The translations under genes were made by a program, and so were the position numbers. Shown here in pieces: positions 9,675 to 20,004 of a DNA stretch of 64,000 nt; positions within the stretch are counted from its first letter, which is position 1, and every line of letters begins with the position of its first letter. The stretch comes from a virus (lineage: Duplodnaviria > Caudoviricetes): the IMG/VR virus record IMGVR_UViG_3300021400_000252. One strand, 5' to 3'. The notes beneath the pieces are model-generated. The model saw only the letters and a list, made by a program, of their open reading frames with translations, had not been told where the DNA came from and ran no database searches.

Positions 9675-10042
9675 TGCTAATAGGTTATAAAGGTACTTCT
9701 TCATTTGAAGATATGCTTGAATTAGACGATTGTGGTAATTTTGCAATTCGTTGTACAAATAATTTATTCTTACAATGATTTATGTGTGCCAAAACTATTA
9801 GAGGAAAATTTCATTATTTAACTTTTGGTCCAGTTTTTGTAGATAAACCAGATCTACCAACTAAATATGGATTCAATATCAAATATGGTTCAATGAAATT
9901 TAATGAACAAAAAATTTATGCAGCAATATCTAGCTTTATTAACGATCCAAAAAAAGAATTAGAAACAGTTGTTGAAGACGACTTTGACATAATTATTGAG
10001 GAAATACCTCAGATTGGAAAATTATTTAAAGCTTTAAATTAG
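9674..10042 (+). CDS. Hypothetical protein; one TGA-Trp at 9776
   Basis: TAATG-coupled start. The frame continues through TGA into the 9782 track ORF. Confidence 0.75.
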
Positions 10043-10054
10043 AAAGGAATTATT

Positions 10055-10447
10055 ATGGCATTAGCTGATGTAAAAGCTTATTTTAAAACTTTTGAGAAAG
10101 CCCATCTTGAGAGATTTGCTATTAAAGAGCAAGCTAAGGAAGCTGTTAAAGATGGTTATATTACTCAAGAAAAAGCTGACCAATTAGAAGAAACATTTAA
10201 AAAATATGATGAAACATATCAATTTTTTGCACATATAATGTATTTATATTCTAAACCAGTTCGTGGTAGAAAGAAAGAAAAATTTAAAGTTGCAAATAAA
10301 GAAATTGAAGATCATTTTTCTAGATTTGGATTAGACGAAGCATCTATTAAATTAGAAAATGAAGATGTTTTAGTTAATTTTAGAAAATATATTGAAAATT
10401 TTAAAAACGAAGTTAAGCAAGAAACCAAAGAAATTAAAGGAGAATAG
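10055..10447 (+). CDS. Hypothetical helical protein
   Basis: ORF with a GAAAGGA RBS. Confidence 0.7.
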   Translation: MALADVKAYFKTFEKAHLERFAIKEQAKEAVKDGYITQEKADQLEETFKKYDETYQFFAHIMYLYSKPVRGRKKEKFKVANKEIEDHFSRFGLDEASIKLENEDVLVNFRKYIENFKNEVKQETKEIKGE

Positions 10448-10450
10448 TTT

Positions 10451-11305
10451 ATGGAAGAATTAATTAGAGATATTTCCAAACTTTCTGTTCCGTCAGAACC
10501 AATCTTAGTTTTAGATGAAAATAAATTAGGATTTGATTCAGAAGGAACAGCAGAATTTGATGAAGCTAAAGAAAAATTAATTAAGACTTTAGAAGAAAGA
10601 AAAGATTTATTATCAGTTTCTGCTCCTCAATTAGGAATAAATAAAAGAATCTTTGCTATTCGTTTTAATGATAAAATTAAAATTTTCTTAAATCCTCTAG
10701 TTACAAGTATCTCAAGTGATAAGATCGTAAATTTTGAACCTTATCTTGATACAGATAAGTTTGTATATATTTGTAGACCAAAAGAAATTAAAATCATTTA
10801 TTATAATGAAGATTTAAAATATGAAGATAATCAATTATTAAATGAAGTTGCTTGTGAATTTATGCGTCAATATAATTTATTAGATGGTATTATTCCAGGT
10901 GAAATTTTCAACCATGATTTTGAACAAGAAAAAGTAACTCCAGAAGTTATTCCTATGTTAATTGATGCAACTTATTCTGGTGGTGGATTTATATTTGAAA
11001 AATCTGAGGTTGAAGAGAATTCATTAGAAGAAGTTTCTGAAGCTCTATCTAAGATGTGTGAAATTTATACTTCAATAGTTGATAAGTTTGCAGATTCAGA
11101 AGATAGTGGAATTGAAGAAACAACAAGACTTATTCTTCGTAGATTTAAATTAGACGAAAGAGTTAAATTAGGTCTAACAAGTTATGTTGATATCGAAGGA
11201 TATCAAAGAGCTAAAGCAGCTAAGAGACAAGAAATAATGACTAAGCGTGCATATAGAGCTAAATCATTTAATGATTTTGTTGGTAAAAAGTCTAGGAGAC
11301 ATTAA
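10451..11305 (+). CDS. Peptide deformylase-like protein, predicted inactive, with C-terminal extension
   Basis: SAPQLGINKRIF and FLNP are retained. EGCLS is replaced by EPYLD and QHExDHLDG by MRQYNLLDG. Confidence 0.75.
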   Translation: MEELIRDISKLSVPSEPILVLDENKLGFDSEGTAEFDEAKEKLIKTLEERKDLLSVSAPQLGINKRIFAIRFNDKIKIFLNPLVTSISSDKIVNFEPYLDTDKFVYICRPKEIKIIYYNEDLKYEDNQLLNEVACEFMRQYNLLDGIIPGEIFNHDFEQEKVTPEVIPMLIDATYSGGGFIFEKSEVEENSLEEVSEALSKMCEIYTSIVDKFADSEDSGIEETTRLILRRFKLDERVKLGLTSYVDIEGYQRAKAAKRQEIMTKRAYRAKSFNDFVGKKSRRH

Positions 11306-11306
11306 T

Positions 11307-11525
11307 ATGCCTATTAAAGAAGAATTAATTACTGATTTCTATGGTCGATATATTGGTTATCTAAGAACTGATGAAGAAGGAAATATCACAGCTTTAGATT
11401 ATCCTTCTAGGACACCTCTTGGTGTATATGATATTAAATCAAATCAAACACTTGAACTAACTTCTAGAAAGCCTATTGCTAGAGGTAATGTAGTAGTTAG
11501 TTTCTTGTATAAGAAAAAGAAATAA
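11307..11525 (+). CDS. Small beta-rich hypothetical protein
   Basis: ATG at 11307 with AGGAG RBS; DFYGRYIG and PLGVYD hairpin-type repeats. Confidence 0.65.
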   Translation: MPIKEELITDFYGRYIGYLRTDEEGNITALDYPSRTPLGVYDIKSNQTLELTSRKPIARGNVVVSFLYKKKK

Positions 11526-11541
11526 TATTTAGGAGATTAAA

Positions 11542-13422
11542 ATGCAATTACAATTAAATAAAGAAGATAAAATACTTGTGATTGTAGAGTCTCCAACAAA
11601 AAAACCTACTATTGCAAAGATTTTAAAAGATGGTGGATATAAAAACGCAATGATTTCTGCTAGTGTCGGACATATTATGAAATTAGCTGACGATAAAAAA
11701 TCTTGGAAAAATACTGGTATTTGGCCAGATCAAGATTTTAAAGCTAATTATAAATTAAACGAAGAAAAAGCAAAAGTCGTTGAAGAATTAAAAGCAAAAG
11801 TAAAAATGGCTGATTATATTTTTATTGCAACCGACCCAGATAGAGAAGGTCATGTTATTGCTTGGTCAATTCTAAAATTTATTAAACCAGATATTAAGAA
11901 ATGTTATAGAATGACTATGCATGAAATCACAGCTAAAGCCGTACTTCGTGCATTAGAAAATCCTATTGAATTTAATGACAATATGGTTGATGCTGGAATT
12001 ACTCGTTCAATCATAGATAAATTATTAGGTTATAGTTTATCTGAATGGGCTAGATTATACATTGGTGCTAAGTCAGTTGGTAGATGTCAATCTGCAGGAT
12101 TAATCATACTAGAAAATAGAGAAAAAGAAATTCAAGAGTTTAAACCAGAATTATTTTATGATTTATATTTAAATTTTGAAAAGAATAAAACTCAATTTAA
12201 AGCTAAGTATTATGGAACTGAAGATAATAAAGTTGAACATTTTAAGACTTATGCTGAAATGGAAAATGTTGTAAAATCTTGTCTTGGAAATAAATTTAAA
12301 ATTAAAAGTATTGAAAAGAAAGAAAAGAAAGAAAACCCAAAACCTCCTTTTGATACTCCATCATTCCAACAAGAAGCATCAAGTAAATTACGTTTAAAAA
12401 CAAAAGATGCACAAAGTTGTGCTCAACAATTATTCCAAGGTATAGAAGTTAATGGTAGTCATGTTGGTTTAGTTACTTATATACGTACAGACTCAACAGA
12501 AATGGCTCCAGAATTCGTTGATGAATTAAAGCCATATATTGAATCAACTTATGGTAAAAACTCATTTAATAAGCCAAGAACTGGAAAGAAAAATGTAAAT
12601 GCTCAAGATGGACATGAATGTTTAAGATGTACTGATCCATCAATGACACCAGAAAAACTTGCAAAATATATTAAAAATGATTTATTATTAAAAGTATATA
12701 AATTAATTTGGCAAAGAACAATTGCTTCAGCATTACCTCCTACAACTATTTCAGAAACAACTTATTTAATTGAAAATAATGGTCAATTATTTACATTAGT
12801 TTCTAATGAAATTGTTGATCCAGGTTATAGAGTAGTTTATTCTTATAAAGATGATGATGAAAATGAAGATGATATTTATGTAAAAGAAACTTTTAAAAAA
12901 GGTGAAATTCTAGAAAAATGTTCTTTAGATGGTCAAGAAAAATCAACTAAACCAAAACCAAGATATACTGAAGCAACATTTAATAAAGAATTACAAAAAG
13001 CTGGTATTGGTCGTCCATCTACTTATGCAACTATTATTGATACTATCTTATCTGAATCTCGTGGATATTGTAAATTAGAAGGAAAAGAAATGGTATTAAC
13101 AGATTTAGGTAGATTAACTGCTACAACTTTAACTAGAGCATTTCCTAACTTAATTAGTTTACAATATACTAATGAACTAGAACATGAATTAGATTTAATA
13201 GCTGAAGGAAAGTTACAAAAACTAGTAGCTTTAAATAATTTTTATAATACATTAACTGAATCTATTGCAAATAATAGTGAAGGAAAAATTAATACAGATG
13301 GAGAAAAGATCTGTCCTGAATGTGGTAGTCCTTTAAAATTAAGACGAAACAGATGGGGTCAATTATTCTACGGTTGTTCTGGATATCCATCTTGCCATTA
13401 TATATTAAAAGACAAAAAGTAA
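11542..13422 (+). CDS. topA: DNA topoisomerase IA
   Basis: TOPRIM VIVESP and ATDPDREG, SVGRCQ, catalytic VTYIRTD, GIGRPSTY, and one C-terminal C4 zinc ribbon. Confidence 0.97.
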   Translation: MQLQLNKEDKILVIVESPTKKPTIAKILKDGGYKNAMISASVGHIMKLADDKKSWKNTGIWPDQDFKANYKLNEEKAKVVEELKAKVKMADYIFIATDPDREGHVIAWSILKFIKPDIKKCYRMTMHEITAKAVLRALENPIEFNDNMVDAGITRSIIDKLLGYSLSEWARLYIGAKSVGRCQSAGLIILENREKEIQEFKPELFYDLYLNFEKNKTQFKAKYYGTEDNKVEHFKTYAEMENVVKSCLGNKFKIKSIEKKEKKENPKPPFDTPSFQQEASSKLRLKTKDAQSCAQQLFQGIEVNGSHVGLVTYIRTDSTEMAPEFVDELKPYIESTYGKNSFNKPRTGKKNVNAQDGHECLRCTDPSMTPEKLAKYIKNDLLLKVYKLIWQRTIASALPPTTISETTYLIENNGQLFTLVSNEIVDPGYRVVYSYKDDDENEDDIYVKETFKKGEILEKCSLDGQEKSTKPKPRYTEATFNKELQKAGIGRPSTYATIIDTILSESRGYCKLEGKEMVLTDLGRLTATTLTRAFPNLISLQYTNELEHELDLIAEGKLQKLVALNNFYNTLTESIANNSEGKINTDGEKICPECGSPLKLRRNRWGQLFYGCSGYPSCHYILKDKK

Positions 13423-13446
13423 AAACGTGACATTTCACGTTTTTTA
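13422..13446 (+). terminator. Intrinsic terminator
   Basis: AAAACGTGA-CATT-TCACGTTTT followed by a T-run. Confidence 0.75.
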
Positions 13447-13468
13447 TTTTACTAAAAAATAATAGTTT

Positions 13469-13477
13469 GCTAAATTA
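13469..13477 (+). promoter_or_regulatory. Putative late promoter GCTAAATTA
   Basis: TTTGCTAAATTAATTGAT, identical to the copy upstream of the tail sheath (43181). Confidence 0.75.
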
Positions 13478-13528
13478 ATTGATATTTTGAAAATTAAAAT
13501 TTCAATTAATATAACATAGGAGTAGAAC

Positions 13529-14863
13529 ATGGAAATTAATACAAAAGTATTGAATAAGTGGTTACAAATTGTTATTAGAGCAGCTAAGAATACAGATGTT
13601 TCTGATCATGTAACTAATGTTAATGAAAGATTCTATAAACTATCTAAATTTGTTATTTCTCTTTTAATGAAAAAGAGCTATAGAGTTTCAGAAATAGATG
13701 AATATTTTAGAGCTTTCGCTAATAACTATACTTATAAATTAGGTGGTGAAGAATTTAATTTAAGTGTAAAACAAGTATTTGTTGCATTTGCAATGTTCTG
13801 TAAACTTAAAGGTTTAGTATGGGATCAATCTAGTGCTCCTTCTGTTTATGAAGTTGATGCATTTAAAGACTCAAACTTTGGTAAATTATTAATTAAACAT
13901 GGTTTATTTGCTGGAGCTGATTCTAATACACAATCTGAAGAACCAACACAAGAACCAGAACAAACTACTGAGCCAACAAATGTAACTCAAGAACCTACAG
14001 CTGATACAGCTGAAGCTGAACCTACACAAGAACCAGCTGCAGAACCAGAACAAACTCAAGCTAGTGAAGTTCAACCTGAAGCACAACCTACAGAAGCTCA
14101 ACCTGCTGAAGGTGAAGCTAAGCCAAAGAGAAAGAGAAGAAAAAGAGTAAAAGATGGAGATCATTACTATGGAAATCAAAGTGATGTTGTAAAACGTTCT
14201 AGAAATAAAGATGTAGATAGAAAGAAACCAGACCGTTCATTCTATCCTCATATGTCTCCATATGTAATCGATTTAATTGGTACACCAGGTAGTCCAATTG
14301 AAATGACTGGTTCAGGTGGATATATTTATATTATAGCTGGTAGTGCTAATAAGACTAGTAATAAAACTCCAAAAGCATATGTTATGCCTCTAAAGAAACA
14401 ATTATTAAATACTAGAACTGGTGAAATTGGTGATATTAATCCTAAGAAATTACAACCAAACACTGATAGATTAAATGATAAAGGTGAATTAAAAGTTCAT
14501 ATTGCAGGTTCATCTACACTACAAAATCAAATGTTATTCTTCAATACTCCTCAAGAAGCTCAACATGTATTAGATCAAGTTTTAGCTAATCCAGAAGGAA
14601 GAATTGATACAAATAATATTGTAGTAAGTGACTTAAAGATTAAAGCTATTAAATTATTCGAAGTCGATCCTAACTGGAGACGAAACTTAGAAGTATTTAC
14701 TCGTAAGTTCTATAAAATTAAAACTGAATTTGGTGAAGCATATATTGCAGCCAAAGATTTATTTGAATCAGTTCAAGAATCTATAACTAATGATGACGGT
14801 GTTGAAACTTGGTCAGATGAATATGGAAAAGCATATGATGAAGCTTTTAGAAGATATTACTAG
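13529..14863 (+). CDS. Hypothetical protein with a Pro/Glu/Gln/Thr linker and a basic patch; first gene of the MoxR operon
   Basis: EPTQEP-type repeats, KPKRKRRKRVK, and C-terminal LFES/VQES sites. Confidence 0.75.
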   Translation: MEINTKVLNKWLQIVIRAAKNTDVSDHVTNVNERFYKLSKFVISLLMKKSYRVSEIDEYFRAFANNYTYKLGGEEFNLSVKQVFVAFAMFCKLKGLVWDQSSAPSVYEVDAFKDSNFGKLLIKHGLFAGADSNTQSEEPTQEPEQTTEPTNVTQEPTADTAEAEPTQEPAAEPEQTQASEVQPEAQPTEAQPAEGEAKPKRKRRKRVKDGDHYYGNQSDVVKRSRNKDVDRKKPDRSFYPHMSPYVIDLIGTPGSPIEMTGSGGYIYIIAGSANKTSNKTPKAYVMPLKKQLLNTRTGEIGDINPKKLQPNTDRLNDKGELKVHIAGSSTLQNQMLFFNTPQEAQHVLDQVLANPEGRIDTNNIVVSDLKIKAIKLFEVDPNWRRNLEVFTRKFYKIKTEFGEAYIAAKDLFESVQESITNDDGVETWSDEYGKAYDEAFRRYY

Positions 14864-14872
14864 GAGTTAGAA

Positions 14873-16597
14873 ATGAAAATTAAGAAAACAAAAATTATTG
14901 AAAATTTAAAACCATTAAGAGAAGCAGATGGTGATGATGACGATCTAGATTTAGATAACCTAGATTTAGATGATATCGATTTCGATGATGCTGATTTAGA
15001 TGGATTAGATGATTTAGATGGTGATGAAGAAAAAATTCAAAAGGTTGCTCCAAAAGAACAACAAGCGCCTCAACCTCAATCTAAACCACAACCACAACCT
15101 AAATCAGAGCCAGCTCCTCAACCTAAACAAGAACAACCAAAGCCAGCTGAAGCTCATGTTGATAATGCAAAAACATTACCTTCAGGTGATGTTGTAGGTA
15201 CAACTAAAAAACCTTCAAAACCATCAAAGGTAAGACAAGTTATTGATCTTCAAAACTTATTAGATCTTAAAGGTGGAAATTTACCTAAGAATGCTGTTTA
15301 TTCTGTTTTAAATCGTTCATTAAGAGATTCAAAAATTGCAGCAATTAAACAAAGAGTTAAGAAACAACCAGACGCAAACTTTGCACGTGATTTCAATATA
15401 TTAGTTGAAGGTCTTCCTGGTGGTGGTAAAACTGCTACTATTAAAGCTTGGGCTGAGGCTAATGGTGTTAACCTAGTTGCAGTAAATGCAAAGGACCCAG
15501 ATCTAGAATTAGCAATTAATGGTGCTGTAATGAGAGATTTAAGTAATGATAGTGATAAGAACTCAATTGTTATGGCTTATTCTAAATTATTAGCTCCACT
15601 TGAAGAACCAAATTCAATCTTATTCTTAGATGAATATAATAGACAAACTGATGACCAAATCAGAGCTTCACTTTTAACATTAATTGGTGAGCACTGTATT
15701 TATGGTCAAGTTGGTGGACAAGTTGATACTGAAAAGAAACAAGGATACCATTTCTTTAAAAATATGTTATTTACAGTAGCAGCTATCAACCCAGCTGTAC
15801 CTCAAGATAAAGGTGCTGCTAAGTTAAATGATGCTGAAATGAGTAGATTCTTACGTAGAGTAGTATTTGACTCATCTCCAAAAGCTGCAGCATCATATTT
15901 TAAATGGTATTTTGATAAAGAGTTAAAAGCAATTACTGATGCAAATCAAGATACTTCTGAAGCAGATCCAGCTTATGCTTGGGTATATGCTACAACATTC
16001 TTACAAAAACATATAGCAATTTATTTAACTACTTCTCCAGATTTTAGATTTGATACTAAAGATGATTTACAAGACTTATATAATGGTGACAAAACAATGT
16101 TTAACCAAAGATTATTAACTCAATTAATTGCATCATTAGTATATCATCCAGAAGCAACAATGGCACAACAAATCTTAGATTATATTGGTAAGATTGCTCC
16201 ATTAAATCTTGTAGATTTACCTGACCAAGCCGAAGATGATTTAAGAGACTGGTCAAATATCTTAGATAAAGATAAAGATATGCTTGAAAAACTTTTAAAA
16301 GATTATAAACAACCTCCAGTAAATATTCCTGGTTATGGTGATATTTCTCAATTAGATCAAGCTATTGATGACGATGACGTTAATCCAGACGAAGTTGAAG
16401 ATGAATTCAATGATGATAATGTTGCTACTGAATTTGATGATTTAGTAAAACAAGCAGAAAATGGTGAAGAAATAGATAATGATTTATTCGCTAATGACAG
16501 TAGTACAGATTCAGCAACTGGTAATGCAGTTAATACACAAGAATTAGATGCAATTACAAATGCAATTAACAATAGTATAGATAATATTAAAATGTAA
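14873..16597 (+). CDS. MoxR-family AAA+ ATPase with acidic low-complexity termini
   Basis: Walker A GLPGGGKT, Walker B ILFLDEYNR, sensor 1 AAINP, and the Arg-finger region AEMSRF. Confidence 0.9.
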   Translation: MKIKKTKIIENLKPLREADGDDDDLDLDNLDLDDIDFDDADLDGLDDLDGDEEKIQKVAPKEQQAPQPQSKPQPQPKSEPAPQPKQEQPKPAEAHVDNAKTLPSGDVVGTTKKPSKPSKVRQVIDLQNLLDLKGGNLPKNAVYSVLNRSLRDSKIAAIKQRVKKQPDANFARDFNILVEGLPGGGKTATIKAWAEANGVNLVAVNAKDPDLELAINGAVMRDLSNDSDKNSIVMAYSKLLAPLEEPNSILFLDEYNRQTDDQIRASLLTLIGEHCIYGQVGGQVDTEKKQGYHFFKNMLFTVAAINPAVPQDKGAAKLNDAEMSRFLRRVVFDSSPKAAASYFKWYFDKELKAITDANQDTSEADPAYAWVYATTFLQKHIAIYLTTSPDFRFDTKDDLQDLYNGDKTMFNQRLLTQLIASLVYHPEATMAQQILDYIGKIAPLNLVDLPDQAEDDLRDWSNILDKDKDMLEKLLKDYKQPPVNIPGYGDISQLDQAIDDDDVNPDEVEDEFNDDNVATEFDDLVKQAENGEEIDNDLFANDSSTDSATGNAVNTQELDAITNAINNSIDNIKM

Positions 16598-16627
16598 TTA
16601 AATTTAATTGCAATATAAGGAGATTAT

Positions 16628-17860
16628 ATGCATAAACTTAATAATCTACGTGAATCTGCAACTGATTATATGACTCAAGAAGAAAAAACTTGGAAAAATC
16701 AGATAATTAAATTATTAATTAATAAAAAACATAGTAAGTTTGCTAAACGTTTACTTTATTATGATTTAAATATCGTTGAAATTCAAGATGATCCAGATTT
16801 TACTGCTGCAATTTCAACAGATGTAACAAAACCAGTCATTTACATAAGTAGAGGATTCTTAACGAATCCTCAAACTTTTGACCAATTAGATGTACTTCTT
16901 AGACATGAATTATCTCATAATCTAATGATGCATCAATTAAGAATGATTAATAAACTTAATGCAAGTGCAAAAAAAGTTAAAGGTACTAATTCTTGGAAAG
17001 ACTTAGCAAATAGTAATTCGTTTCAAGATTTTTTAAATATAATTATGGATGATGAAATTTCTAATTTTAGATATTCACAGATCGATAAAAATACTGTTCG
17101 TTATATGGTTTTAAATGGTAAAACTATTAGCGGATTAGTTACAGAAGACCATAGAGAATCTTGGATGAAATTAACTCTTGAAGAAATGTATGAAAAAAGT
17201 TTACAAGAGTTAGAACAAGTTAGACAAAACGTACTTAATAATATTAAAAATGCAGCTCCAAAAAACATGATAGATAGATCTTATTTTAAAAATTCATCTT
17301 ATGCTAGAATTGATGCTCCAACATCAACATTTGGTACAAAAGATAAATCTGGAGCTCATGGTATTGAACAAATAAAGAAATCAAAATACTATCGTTCATT
17401 AGGTGTAAAATATAGAAGAACACAAATTATTATAAATAGAATTCTTGAGGTATTAAAGGATAAGTCAGATGACCAATTAAAAAGTGCTTTAAGAAAAATT
17501 GGTGAGTCTAAATTAACAGATAAATTATATTTTGGAGAGATTTTAGTCGATGGCAAACCAGAAAAGATTTATATCACTTCTCCAGAACAAAAGTCTATTA
17601 CTGCATCTATTATTAAATATTTATTAGGAAATATCGCCGAAAAACCTGTTGTAGACGTTCAAAGAAAATTCCACACTCAAGAATATAAGAATGCTTATAA
17701 TGAAATTATGAATAACGTTAAAGATATTTATAAGAATCTTTCTTCAAAAGATTTAGAAGAGATTTTAAATCGAATTGCTGCATCAAATGTTATTGCAAAT
17801 AAAACTTCTTATGGAACTCTTTCTAAAGAAGACTATGAGATGAGATATGGAGCTATTTAA
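16628..17860 (+). CDS. HExxH metallopeptidase-like protein (DUF2201 N-terminal type)
   Basis: FTAA...IYI, LRHELSHNLMMH and NIIMDDEIS; lies between MoxR and vWA genes. Confidence 0.75.
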   Translation: MHKLNNLRESATDYMTQEEKTWKNQIIKLLINKKHSKFAKRLLYYDLNIVEIQDDPDFTAAISTDVTKPVIYISRGFLTNPQTFDQLDVLLRHELSHNLMMHQLRMINKLNASAKKVKGTNSWKDLANSNSFQDFLNIIMDDEISNFRYSQIDKNTVRYMVLNGKTISGLVTEDHRESWMKLTLEEMYEKSLQELEQVRQNVLNNIKNAAPKNMIDRSYFKNSSYARIDAPTSTFGTKDKSGAHGIEQIKKSKYYRSLGVKYRRTQIIINRILEVLKDKSDDQLKSALRKIGESKLTDKLYFGEILVDGKPEKIYITSPEQKSITASIIKYLLGNIAEKPVVDVQRKFHTQEYKNAYNEIMNNVKDIYKNLSSKDLEEILNRIAASNVIANKTSYGTLSKEDYEMRYGAI

Positions 17861-19974
17861 TGAAAAAAGATGATTTATTAAAGAAAGTAGATAATGAAGC
17901 AACAGTCGGAACTTTTGATGCATTACAAGGATATGCAGATGCATTAGTTCAAATATTACAAAAAAAGCAACCTAAACCTGAAGGTCCACAAGGTGGTGGA
18001 GGTGGAATGCCTCCAATGCCAGATGACCTACCACCAATGGAGATAGATCCAGACTTACCAGTATTAAGTCCAGATAATCAAAGTGGAGCTGGAATGTCGA
18101 TGGATTTTGATGATCCAGAAGACTTAATGAAAAAACAAAAACAAATCGACCTTGGTGATACTCCATCTAAAGAAGAAAATGATGATGACGACGATGATGA
18201 CAGCAATAATGGTGGAAATAGTGGTAGCAGTCAATCAAAGAATAAAAAGAATAAAAAAGATGATCAATCAGATGAAAATAATGGCGGATCAGATGATGGT
18301 GGTGACTTTGAAGATGAAGATGATTTAGATAATCTTGACAATTCAAATAATAGAAAGCCTCCAAAGAATAGAAACGGAAACGATCTAGACGATTTAGACG
18401 ATCTAGATGACTTTGATGATTCAGATTTAGATAACCTAGATGACTCAGATTTAGACGATTTAGAGGACCAAGATAATAATTCTAATGGTAAAGGTAAAAA
18501 TCAAAATAAGGACGATTTGGATGATTTAGACGACCTAGATAATACTGACATTGATGATTTGGATTTAGATGATTTAGGTGATGAAGATAATGATAATGAA
18601 TTTGGTGGATTAGATGATGGTGAAGATTCTGAAGATAATTCAGATGATAACCAAAATCAAAAAGGAAAGAATGGTGATTCTAAAGACTCAGATGATTCAG
18701 AAAATCAAAGTGGAGATTCTTCTTCAAGTAGTCAAAGTAGTTCAGATAGTAGTTCAGACTCTGATCAAGATTCTAAAGAACATCAGGCAGGATCTGATAG
18801 TGACGAAAATAATTTTGAAGTAGGTAACGACAGCGATAATAAGTCTAGTCAAACAAAATCAGATAAAAATAAATCAGATAAAGATAATAAATCTTCAGAT
18901 TCAAAAGCTAATAAAGATCCACAAGATCAAAATGGTGAAAAGTCAAACGATAAAGAAAAAGAAAATACACCAAAAGACAATTCAGCAGATGATGATACTC
19001 TAGAATTACCTAGTGAAAAAAATGAAGCTAAAGCTAAAGATAGATTGAGAAGAATAAACAGACTTCAAAAGCATATTTCAAAAGTTTTAGAAAATAATAA
19101 ATTTGATAAGAAACTAGATAAATCAACTAAAGATAGATTAAAGAAAGATTTAGAAGATTTAAAAGATGCTGAAAATCATGTATATGAGGATTCAGATAAA
19201 GTTGAAGATATTCTTCTTCAAGGAATTAATGATCTAAGTCAAATATTACAAATCTCTATAAGTAAAGATTTAGAGAAGAGAGGTTCTGTAGTAACAGCTT
19301 TAAATAATGATCCATTTGCTAATATGGAAATCGATCAAGAAGAAAAAGAAATTATTAAGAACTCTGGTGCTCAAAAGAAGTCTAATTCAGCTGATGCATA
19401 TCAAGCAGTTTATACTGCAGCTGAATTAAAACGTGATATCGAAAAACTTATCGGAATGCAAGTAGAAAAGTATAAGCTTTCTATAAAATCATATAGAATT
19501 ATGAATAGACATGCTGAAGATAATAATATGATTAGAAAAGGTCACCAAGATAAACGTAGACTTGATGATAAGAAACCATATATGAGAGTTTATATTGACC
19601 AATCTGGTTCTTGGCATAAAGAAGACTTTGATAAAGCACGAGCTTTATGTTCTGGATTAAAAGCTTATCAAGATGATGGACTTCTAGATTTAGAGTATAA
19701 ATATTTCGATAGTTCAGTTTACGATACTCCAAAAAATGAAGGTAGTGGTGGAACTAGCGCTTGGCCAGAAATATACACACAAATTAGAAATAGTACATTT
19801 ACTAATGTTATGATTGTAACAGATAGTGATTTACAAGATTATGAAAAAACAAGTTATCCAACTCTTGAACTAGAAGGTGCTGTCTTCTGGGTATGGAAAG
19901 GTGGAGACAGTTCAGACAAGTTATGTAAGTACTTACATGGTGCACTTTGGAATAAACAATATTCATTAGATTAA
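17860..19974 (+). CDS. vWA-domain protein with a long Asp/Asn/Ser-rich disordered region
   Basis: MIDAS DQSGS, GGTS and VTDSD in the C-terminal domain; TAATG coupling to the upstream gene. Confidence 0.85.
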   Translation: MKKDDLLKKVDNEATVGTFDALQGYADALVQILQKKQPKPEGPQGGGGGMPPMPDDLPPMEIDPDLPVLSPDNQSGAGMSMDFDDPEDLMKKQKQIDLGDTPSKEENDDDDDDDSNNGGNSGSSQSKNKKNKKDDQSDENNGGSDDGGDFEDEDDLDNLDNSNNRKPPKNRNGNDLDDLDDLDDFDDSDLDNLDDSDLDDLEDQDNNSNGKGKNQNKDDLDDLDDLDNTDIDDLDLDDLGDEDNDNEFGGLDDGEDSEDNSDDNQNQKGKNGDSKDSDDSENQSGDSSSSSQSSSDSSSDSDQDSKEHQAGSDSDENNFEVGNDSDNKSSQTKSDKNKSDKDNKSSDSKANKDPQDQNGEKSNDKEKENTPKDNSADDDTLELPSEKNEAKAKDRLRRINRLQKHISKVLENNKFDKKLDKSTKDRLKKDLEDLKDAENHVYEDSDKVEDILLQGINDLSQILQISISKDLEKRGSVVTALNNDPFANMEIDQEEKEIIKNSGAQKKSNSADAYQAVYTAAELKRDIEKLIGMQVEKYKLSIKSYRIMNRHAEDNNMIRKGHQDKRRLDDKKPYMRVYIDQSGSWHKEDFDKARALCSGLKAYQDDGLLDLEYKYFDSSVYDTPKNEGSGGTSAWPEIYTQIRNSTFTNVMIVTDSDLQDYEKTSYPTLELEGAVFWVWKGGDSSDKLCKYLHGALWNKQYSLD

Positions 19975-19995
19975 TAAAAAAATTAAATAATTATT

Positions 19996-20004
19996 GCTAA
20001 ATTA
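19996..20004 (+). promoter_or_regulatory. Putative late promoter GCTAAATTA
   Basis: TTGCTAAATTATCTGTA, intergenic. Confidence 0.7.

Noticed and set aside
13920-18900. CRISPR array or non-coding repeat arrays
   Set aside because: The repeats are degenerate, in-frame, low-complexity coding tracts without a constant repeat-spacer structure.
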